From Syntrophales bacterium (GTDB taxonomy: Bacteria > Desulfobacterota > Syntrophia > Syntrophales > UBA4778): a DNA stretch of 64,000 nucleotides. Positions 8,862 to 16,493 of the stretch are shown one piece after another (position 1 is the stretch's first letter; every line of letters begins with the position of its first letter). Below the pieces are notes generated by a model. That model worked only from the letters and a program-made list of their open reading frames with translations. It made no database searches and was not told the origin of the DNA. The stretch covers positions 186,001 through 250,000 of the forward strand of contig CAXXQE010000007.1 of NCBI GenBank assembly GCA_963665615.2, written 5' to 3'. Made by a program: the position numbers and the translations under genes.

Positions 8862-9976
8862 GCAGGAGACTTCGGGGACGTTGCTCAACTTCGTCAACTT
8901 ACTATCCCCCGTTTTACCATCTTGCTCACTCCCGCCTTTGTGACCCCTATCTTCCGAGCCGTTTCCACATAAGAAAAACCTAACTCATGGATCAGTTTCT
9001 CGGCAACGGCCACGCGAGTTCTTACAATGGCTTCTGTTCTGCTCTCCCCCTTTAGCATTGCGCTGTTTATCCCTGCTTTCTGGCACTGTGCTTCGATTAT
9101 CCGATCGGCTGCTTCTATTCGCTGAGACTTTAGAATGATTTCCGGTTTGCGCTTGGCTGCCGCTCTTTCGATGATTGTCTTTACGAAATCGCCCGTGCCG
9201 AGTATCCGTTCATCGGTTAATACGCGATCAGCGCTCTTGAAGTCGGCGTTGTTTTTAATGTCTAATGACCGCATGAGCCCGCCACCGGCAAACTCCGATC
9301 GATGTCCCTGCGAAATCCCCTCCGCCACATAATTTCTGTATCTTCTTTTCGCGATCCGCTCTGCTTTCCCGAAATAGCTGAGCACTGCCTCCCGGTCCTG
9401 CCAGGCTATTGGTTTTGGGGAGATCAGGCTCTTGTGACCAGTCCATGGATAGCTGTCGAGTTCTTTCATCGTGTGAACAATGTCCGCCCTGATCGGATTC
9501 AAATGTATGTACCTTACCAGTTCTAACAGATACGAATCTTCATCGCAGATGATCGATTTGTAGCGGTTCTGGAACAAATGACCACAGCGCCTATGCCGCC
9601 TGTTGAATGTCACTGCATACCCCGTTAATAGGCGCCGCATAAACGTGGCAATACCGGAGGCACTGCTTCTGATGAGCAAATGAAAATGGTTAGCAATGAG
9701 CGCCCAAGCATAGACCTTTGTTCCTGTTGACTCCGCCTGCTTTTCCAATCTGCCCATAAACCGCTCTCGGTCCTTATCGTCTCGGAATATCGTGCAGCGC
9801 TCTATGCCTCTCACCATGACGTGATGCAAAGTACCTTCAACATCCAATCTCGGTCTGCGCGGCATGATATTCCTCTCTTTTTCTGTTTGCTCTTCCCGCT
9901 CCGCCCTTCATCGCAAGTAGATCGTTAATTGTCACAAGTTAACGAAGTCAACCAACGTCCCCGATCCGTCCCCTGC
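8862..9976 (-). mobile_element. RAYT/Y1 HUH-transposase element bounded by imperfect inverted repeats
   Basis: Left IR tcggggacgttgctcaacttcgtcaactt (8872-8900) versus reverse complement of 9936-9964 tcggggacgttggttgacttcgttaactt (25/29). Similarity extends outward as gcagg(a/g)gac. Sits between the two halves of a lipase cassette. Confidence 0.7.
8894..9865 (-). CDS. REP-associated-type tyrosine (Y1/HUH) transposase with C-terminal HTH
   Basis: MPRRPR..., HHVMVRG, HUH motif NHFHLL, GHLFQNRYKS, catalytic-Tyr motif YIHLNP, YPWTGH; C-terminal SYVETARKIGVTKAGVSKMV helix-turn-helix. Confidence 0.88.
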   Translation of the reverse strand: MPRRPRLDVEGTLHHVMVRGIERCTIFRDDKDRERFMGRLEKQAESTGTKVYAWALIANHFHLLIRSSASGIATFMRRLLTGYAVTFNRRHRRCGHLFQNRYKSIICDEDSYLLELVRYIHLNPIRADIVHTMKELDSYPWTGHKSLISPKPIAWQDREAVLSYFGKAERIAKRRYRNYVAEGISQGHRSEFAGGGLMRSLDIKNNADFKSADRVLTDERILGTGDFVKTIIERAAAKRKPEIILKSQRIEAADRIIEAQCQKAGINSAMLKGESRTEAIVRTRVAVAEKLIHELGFSYVETARKIGVTKAGVSKMVKRGIVS

Positions 9977-10324
9977 CATGAGTGATGCCAGACCGCCGCC
10001 GAGGGAATGACCGGTAAACGATATATTGTATCCGGAATAGGCAGTCTTGAATGACAAATAATAACTCACCGCCGCAAATATCTGCCCTACAGGCACTCCC
10101 GCTCCTGCGGTCCAACTTGCAATATCGATCGCCTGATTTGTCCCAGCATAGGCAATTACGATTTCATTGGTTCCATCTTTTTTATAGGCACCGGCAGAAA
10201 AGCCCCAGCCTTGGTCTGACACCCAGTCAAGCTGGCTCCATCCAGCCGGAAGATCAATTTGGTTTAGGTTGGAAGCCTTATAAACACGTGTCGCAAGCTG
10301 CATATACTCCAAGTCCGTAGCCAT
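9932..10324 (-). pseudogene. 5' fragment of lipase N-terminal cassette A, truncated by the transposase element
   Basis: IAYAGTN and FTGHSLGGGLASLMA, then reads into the element's IR (GDGSGTLVDFVNL*). Confidence 0.8.
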
Positions 10325-10359
10325 AATTAATCCCTCCGTGAATTATATGTTTGGTTGAT

Positions 10360-10953
10360 TTATTGGCCGCACACTTTTCGCTTAGGTCCGACTTGTTTAA
10401 GTGATTCCCAATACCCCATATCCGCATTTCTTTCTCGTTTCTCTTTCAGATCAACAAGTTTCGGCATATTGATCCCGCTTCGCAAATAGAGATTCGTCAT
10501 GCGCTTTTCAAATTCTCCTGGAAGTTTCGCCTCCTTCCAGACTCCATCTTGATATACATATTTATTGTATACTCCACAGGCCGGATTAATCGTCAGAATG
10601 GTAAACACCACCGGATGTCCATCTTCTATATCTAGGATCAATGGTATCTCAGGCCACGTTGCATCATCTATTTTTGTCGATCGCCACTCTATAGACTGTC
10701 CCGATCCATTGGGACTCGCAAATCGAATTCTGTGTTCCTTTGGCTTTACACCGCTCGGGTTGGTGACTATTTCCCCACCCCCCCCCTCCATGACAATCTC
10801 TCGCTCCACAACGAGGACACGCCCATCACTCAGTTGCACCTCCTCCTTCCACTTCTCAATACCGCCGAACCGCATGCACCCCAATATACTAGTACTTGCC
10901 GCACCCAGAACTAGAATTGAAAATGCTAGTATCAATGCTCTCCTCTTTTTCAT
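10360..10953 (-). CDS. Predicted lipoprotein, candidate immunity/partner protein (family A, copy 1)
   Basis: MKKRRALILAFSILVLGAASTSILGC lipobox; KWKEEVQLSDG; GGAGG upstream; paralog of 5887-6480. Confidence 0.8.
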   Translation of the reverse strand: MKKRRALILAFSILVLGAASTSILGCMRFGGIEKWKEEVQLSDGRVLVVEREIVMEGGGGEIVTNPSGVKPKEHRIRFASPNGSGQSIEWRSTKIDDATWPEIPLILDIEDGHPVVFTILTINPACGVYNKYVYQDGVWKEAKLPGEFEKRMTNLYLRSGINMPKLVDLKEKRERNADMGYWESLKQVGPKRKVCGQ

Positions 10954-11094
10954 GCGCCATCCTCCATTCGAATAGTATCCCCTGAAATTGCTTCTTCTTT
11001 GACTCCTGATCGAGAACCAAAGTCTAAATAAAGTCAATCCCATCCGGGCTGTTGCCAAAATCGTTTTTCCTCGATCAGTTCATAATGTGCAGCC

Positions 11095-12333
11095 CTAAGC
11101 AGTTCCACGGTCCGTTGGTGCGTTCTTTTCCATAATTGTGTTGATCCATTCAATCTGCTCAGGCAATACTTTTTTCAAATCATATTTCTCCAAAACCGTT
11201 TCCCGCGCTCGTTTCCGGATCTCTGCCATTTCATCTTTTTGCGCCAGCACATAACAGACCTTTTCCGCAATCTCCTGGGGCGAGAAGAAATTAAACAGCA
11301 TCCCGTTCTCCCCATCTCGGATCACTTCTTTCACTGGAGGCGTATCGGATGCGAGCACAAGGCATTCCGCTGACATGGCTTCAAGCATGGACCACGACAG
11401 CACGAAGGGATACGTCAGATACACATGAGCGGATGAAACCCTGAGAATTTTGCGATGGGTTTCATAAGGGATATGGCCGGTGAAGCGAAGCCGTGACTGA
11501 TCACCGGTGAATTTCTCAAGAGCGGCTTGTTTGTATGTCTTGCCGTTCGGCAGGTTGCCGCCATAAAAGACTTTGTCCTCGCCGACGATCACGATGTGGC
11601 AGTTCGGTCTTTTCTCCAGAATCAACTCGGCGGCTTCCATGAACTGCGGAAAGCCTCGGTAGGGTTCGAGTCCACGCGATACATAGGTGACGATTTCTTT
11701 GGCTTGCGACAGATCGAGATTTATCGCAGGCCAGACGGGTTTTGCGTCGGGATCGGGACTAAAATAGTCGGTGTCAATCCCTTCATGGATAATCTTGATC
11801 TTGTGCCGGGACTCCGGAGGGAATTGCTCGTATTGCCACTGCGTGGGACAGATGCCGTAATCGCAGGCATGGAGATCATTCAAGATGTGGGAGTTTTTGA
11901 TACGGACGCGGGCCTCGGTATCGATGGTCAGGGACTTGCGGATATCGAAATCGACATCGGAACCGTGGGCGCGATAGAACCACTCGAAATGGCCGATGAG
12001 CGGCGTGTCAGGAAAGACATCTTTCATGAAGAGGTTCTGGCCCCAGCTGTGGCCGATGATGATGTCGGGGGTGAACCCCTGCTTCTTCAAATCGATTGCA
12101 GCCCTGGCAACAGCCTGACCGTGCAGGATCGCTTCTTCGTAGAATCGCAAATAGGCGTGTGTTTTTGATCGGTCACGTTCCGGTACCTTGTAAACCGCCT
12201 TCAAGACGCCGGGGATGGACCATTCTTTGCGCTCGGTGATAAAAACGACACGGTTCTGTGCATCCTGTGCAAAATGCTTTGCCAGATGAACGAACTGCCC
12301 AGGAAAATTGCGGTGGAGAAAAATAATACGCAT
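11095..12333 (-). CDS. Glycosyltransferase family 4 (GT-B)
   Basis: LHRNFPGQF N-terminus, RGLEPYRGF, YLTYPFVLSWSMLEAMS, ASDTPPVKEVIRDGENG motifs. Confidence 0.88.
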   Translation of the reverse strand: MRIIFLHRNFPGQFVHLAKHFAQDAQNRVVFITERKEWSIPGVLKAVYKVPERDRSKTHAYLRFYEEAILHGQAVARAAIDLKKQGFTPDIIIGHSWGQNLFMKDVFPDTPLIGHFEWFYRAHGSDVDFDIRKSLTIDTEARVRIKNSHILNDLHACDYGICPTQWQYEQFPPESRHKIKIIHEGIDTDYFSPDPDAKPVWPAINLDLSQAKEIVTYVSRGLEPYRGFPQFMEAAELILEKRPNCHIVIVGEDKVFYGGNLPNGKTYKQAALEKFTGDQSRLRFTGHIPYETHRKILRVSSAHVYLTYPFVLSWSMLEAMSAECLVLASDTPPVKEVIRDGENGMLFNFFSPQEIAEKVCYVLAQKDEMAEIRKRARETVLEKYDLKKVLPEQIEWINTIMEKNAPTDRGTA

Positions 12334-12811
12334 AATGCCTACAATATTAAACAGATTTTAATTTGTTAACATTATGGAATTATTAAATATTTTATTTAGT
12401 AGCAGAAATAATAAAGGAAAACATAAGGTTTAATTAACGGAATATTGATATTAATATTTTCTTGTAAATATAGATCACTACCAGAATTATATGTCAATAT
12501 TTATTTCATATATTACTTATTATTTTTTACATGTTATTATAAACGTTAAAGAGCATTTATCCTACAATAGATCAATTACTGCATAATGCTGCCGACTGTC
12601 TCCCCTTTCACACCGACCAGAAAAGATGGGCAGTTATGTAAAAAAGGCAACGGACCGGATCGTTTCTTCCCCGGTCACGACATTATCTTCCCGATATTAC
12701 ATTTGACAGTTTATTGGACATTGGATAACTTTCATTAACACTTAGCGAAGTTTTATAAACTTTCAGTTTTATCGTCCGGTCAGCATCGTTAGTTACGACA
12801 GGGGGCGCCAC
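12334..12811. promoter_or_regulatory. Very AT-rich divergent intergenic/promoter region
   Basis: 12340-12560 is overwhelmingly A/T; lies between the divergent GT4/RTX cluster and the PAS-LuxR gene. No specific promoter assigned. Confidence 0.5.
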
Positions 12812-14182
12812 ATGACCGTTTCGTCCAAAACAAAGCAAGAACTATTCGATGAGATTGCTGCCTTAAAAAAAAGAATCCGTGAATTGGAAAAATCGGAATT
12901 AAAGTCTAAAAAGGTAGAAGAGGCGCTGCGGCAAAGCGAGGCAATTCTCGGCAGCGTATTCAATGCAGCTCCCCTTGGTCTTTGCATTGTGAAAAACCGT
13001 GTTTTTCAAAATGTGAACAAACGTTATTTTGAAAAATTAGGCTATTCGAAACCTGATCTTATCGGACAGTCACCCCGTTTTTTATATGAAAATGATGAGG
13101 AATATGCCCGCGTAGGGAAAGAACTTTTTACGAATCTCCTGGAACGCGGTCGGGCATCTGTTCAAACAACTCATTTGAAGAAAAATGGCGACAAGTGCGA
13201 CGTCATGCTGACGGCGGTGCCCCTTAAATATGGGGATATCCCCTTGGGAATGGACGTTGTCGTGTTCGAAGATATAACCGATCGCAAGCAAGCGGAGCAG
13301 GCTCTCCGGGATAGCGAAAGTCGGTGGGAATTTGCTTTAGAAGGGGCCGGCGACGGCGTTTGGGACTGGGATGCCATTACGAACCGTGTTCATTATTCCA
13401 GACAGTGGAAAAACATGCTCGGCTACTCCGAACAAGAGATAGGCGATGGCCTGGATGAATGGGATCTCCGTGTGCACCCCGATGATAAGGCAGGTGTTTA
13501 CGTCAGGATCGAGCGGCATTTGCAGGGTGAAACCGAAAGCTACCAGAGCGAGCACCGGCTCCTGTGCAAAGACGGATCGTATAAATGGATTTTAGATCGA
13601 GGTAAAGTTATAGAATGGACTGAAGACGGCAAGCCACGTCGCGTGATCGGTACGCATACAGATATAACGAGGCGCAAGCAGATTGAAGAAGAGCTGACCA
13701 CGCATCGAAACAGGCTTGAGGATCTGGTCAAAGAACGAACTCAGGAGCTGGAAAGGAAAACAGAAGACCTTCAGGAAATGAATGCGGCCTTGAAAGTGCT
13801 CTTGAAGCAGAGAGACGACGATAAAAAGGAGATGGCGGAGCGTTATGTTTCGAACATCAGGAATCTTATTTTCCCGTATATCGAAAAATTGGCAAAGACC
13901 CATCTCAATGAAAGGCAACTCTCTTATCTGGAAATGATACAGGAACATTTTAACGAGATCATGTCTCCGCTGATGAATAGCTTTCAGCTTTTTAATTTGA
14001 CGCCTATGGAGATGCAAGTCGCATCACTGATAAAAAATGGCAAGTCCACCAAGGATATTGCCAAGCTCATGACGATATCAACTGCAACGGTCGATAATCA
14101 TCGAAAGAGTATTAGAAAGAAGCTTGGACTGAACAAGATAAAAGCAAATCTTCAAACAAAACTCAGCTCGCTTATCGAATAG
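12812..14182 (+). CDS. PAS-PAS-LuxR (HTH) one-component transcriptional regulator
   Basis: Two PAS domains (EDITDRKQ; GVWDWD...HPDD...GTHTDIT) and a C-terminal LTPMEMQVASLIKNGKSTKDIA...HRKSIRKKL LuxR HTH. Confidence 0.88.
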   Translation: MTVSSKTKQELFDEIAALKKRIRELEKSELKSKKVEEALRQSEAILGSVFNAAPLGLCIVKNRVFQNVNKRYFEKLGYSKPDLIGQSPRFLYENDEEYARVGKELFTNLLERGRASVQTTHLKKNGDKCDVMLTAVPLKYGDIPLGMDVVVFEDITDRKQAEQALRDSESRWEFALEGAGDGVWDWDAITNRVHYSRQWKNMLGYSEQEIGDGLDEWDLRVHPDDKAGVYVRIERHLQGETESYQSEHRLLCKDGSYKWILDRGKVIEWTEDGKPRRVIGTHTDITRRKQIEEELTTHRNRLEDLVKERTQELERKTEDLQEMNAALKVLLKQRDDDKKEMAERYVSNIRNLIFPYIEKLAKTHLNERQLSYLEMIQEHFNEIMSPLMNSFQLFNLTPMEMQVASLIKNGKSTKDIAKLMTISTATVDNHRKSIRKKLGLNKIKANLQTKLSSLIE

Positions 14183-14310
14183 CTATTTTATATAGCCATT
14201 TCATGACGATTCATATCCTATCCGCAATTTCTTCTTTTTTGCCGATAACCCAATAGAAACAACATGAACCAGCATTATAGGCCATAGGGTACAATAGCAG
14301 GGGGAATTGT

Positions 14311-15786
14311 ATGCGTATTATGAGATTGGATACGAAGTTGCTAGGCAGCTTTATCGTAATGTCCGTTATCATCCTGGCGGTTGGATTGGCGGGCTGGTAT
14401 GGCTTATCAACTTTTCAAGCGCAGATGGCAGAGCGGAACTATCATGACGAGGTCCAAAATATCCTGCTCCAGCGTGAAATCGATCATCAGAACTGGGCCA
14501 GCAAGGTAGGCGCCTTTCAACGCGATGAGTCAATAACGACAATCGATGCCGAGAAAGATGATCACAATTGTCGCTTCGGAAAGTGGTATTACAGCGATGA
14601 AAGAAAAAAAGTTGAACGGGAGATGCCTGAGCTTGCGCCATTGCTGTCTCAGATTGAAGAACCCCATAGATTGTTGCATCAATCCGTTATTGAACTCGAA
14701 ACGATCCTCGCTAAGGGCAAGGACGCACGGCCGGAGGCGTTTAAGCTTTTCGGCATGACAATTCGCGGTCAGCATTTGGTCAAGGTACAGAAGATCCTGG
14801 AAGACATGATCAAGATTAGCGAAAAGTATGCCCAGGACAGCGCGGCGAAGGGCGTCCAACAGGCAAAGGTATCTAAAATCATCACCATCGGTGGAATGCT
14901 CATCGGTACCATTGTGGCGGTGTTTCTTGGATTCATTCTGAGCAAATCCATTACCGCACCCATCCATCAAGTAATCGAGGGCCTCACAGATGCCTCCAGA
15001 CAAATCGCCGGAGCGGCATCTCAGATCTCGGCGGCGAGCCAAAGTCTGGCCACGGGCACGACAGAACAGGCATCCTCGCTGGAGCAATCCTCATCATCTT
15101 TGGAAGAGCTTTCGTCAATGACGAAATGCAATGCCGACAATTCCGTTAAAGCCAGAAATATGGCCGGGGGTGCAAAGGAAGTTGCCGAGCGTGTCGGCGT
15201 GATGATGAACAAAATGAACGACTCAATGGGACTCATTTCTAGATCAAGCGAAGAGACGCGAAAGATCATCAAGACAATCGATGAAATCTCTTTTCAAACC
15301 AATCTCCTGGCTTTGAATGCTGCTGTGGAAGCGGCCCGGGCAGGAGCGGCCGGTGCAGGATTTGCCGTCGTAGCCGATGAAGTGAGAAATTTGGCAGTCA
15401 GGGCGGCAGATGCGGCCAAGAATACAACCGCTCTCATTGATGGAACAATCAGGGCCGTCAGTGAAGGGGCTGAACTGGCGAAACAGACACAAGATGCGTT
15501 TCAAGAAAGCTTGCAGATAGCTACCAATATTCAGGAGTTTGTTGATGAGATCGCTTCAGCATCGCAGGAGCAATCTCAGGGGGTCGAGCAGATCAACACG
15601 GCTATTGCCGAAATTGAAAAGGTCACCCAGCAGAATGCTGCCACATCGGAGGAGACGGCATCTATTTCGGAGCAAATGAGCGCTCAGGCGGAAAGCATGT
15701 TAGCCGATATGAAGGAGCTTGCTAACATGATTAAAGGCAATGACCAAAAAGGAGAACCGTCGGATTCGAGGCTGCTCACGTCATAA
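14311..15786 (+). CDS. Methyl-accepting chemotaxis protein with CZB (zinc-binding) domain
   Basis: Two TM segments; DHQNW...[11 protein letters not shown]...HRLLH CZB motif; [17 protein letters not shown]...[13 protein letters not shown] signalling hairpin. Confidence 0.9.
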   Translation: MRIMRLDTKLLGSFIVMSVIILAVGLAGWYGLSTFQAQMAERNYHDEVQNILLQREIDHQNWASKVGAFQRDESITTIDAEKDDHNCRFGKWYYSDERKKVEREMPELAPLLSQIEEPHRLLHQSVIELETILAKGKDARPEAFKLFGMTIRGQHLVKVQKILEDMIKISEKYAQDSAAKGVQQAKVSKIITIGGMLIGTIVAVFLGFILSKSITAPIHQVIEGLTDASRQIAGAASQISAASQSLATGTTEQASSLEQSSSSLEELSSMTKCNADNSVKARNMAGGAKEVAERVGVMMNKMNDSMGLISRSSEETRKIIKTIDEISFQTNLLALNAAVEAARAGAAGAGFAVVADEVRNLAVRAADAAKNTTALIDGTIRAVSEGAELAKQTQDAFQESLQIATNIQEFVDEIASASQEQSQGVEQINTAIAEIEKVTQQNAATSEETASISEQMSAQAESMLADMKELANMIKGNDQKGEPSDSRLLTS

Positions 15787-15834
15787 GCTCTCCTGAGCGG
15801 ACCAGAGCAGGGCTGCATTTTAAATCAGATCCTT

Positions 15835-15861
15835 GAAAAGGGGGCGTTAAGCCCCCTTTTC
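15835..15861 (+). terminator. Intrinsic (bidirectional-type) terminator
   Basis: gaaaagggggc-gttaa-gcccccttttc hairpin after the MCP gene. Confidence 0.75.
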
Positions 15862-16493
15862 CTTTGCAGCACTGGATTCTGCTCGATTTATGAGTCCACC
15901 AAAAATTTTTTTACCCGAGCGTCCCAACTTTGCTAAACGAATCAAGTTAACTTTTTAATAACGACTAATATGTTGACGGACGCAGTTTTCTTGACAGCAG
16001 ATGTAAAAAAACTCTGGCTACAACGTCTTCCTGTAGTATGTCTTTTGACCTTCAGTCCTCAGTCAGCGGATTACAATCGGCAATCCCCAAGAAAAACAAA
16101 AGGCATGGTCAATGACCCCGCCCTCATCTCCATCTGGTCAGAAAAAGACTACTGCATGAATCGTCTCGCCGCCGCTAATCCAAGCATACTGAAGCCAATG
16201 ATGATGAATCACAGGTGGGATGTCGAAGCCGCTTTTCTGAATGCTCAATCGGACAATTCATTTCGATTCGAAACCTGGCATGCTCAACACCTTCTCTTCA
16301 GTGAGAAGGCCCGTTTAACGACTTCCTGAACTTATTCAGTTGATTTGATTTAAAGAAAAATGCAAGATTACAATCGTTAGCAGTCGAGTCTTGTATATAA
16401 TGATCAATCAAGGAGTTGATAGAGAAAGTCCGCCACCTTTTGAAAAAGCGTCCCTATCTATTTCCATTTTTTACTCCGCGGCAGGAGGAACAA

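Noticed and set aside
5821..10395. Paired repeats as a diversity-generating retroelement TR/VR
   Set aside because: No reverse transcriptase in the window, and the differences are not adenine-specific.
12590..12810. Possible c-di-GMP riboswitch upstream of signalling genes
   Set aside because: The consensus GGCAAA...GAAA...GACGCAAAGC pattern was not found on either strand by eye.
15970..16329. 119-aa ORF between the MCP and the kinase
   Set aside because: No recognisable motif or clear RBS; treated as intergenic or an unidentifiable remnant.
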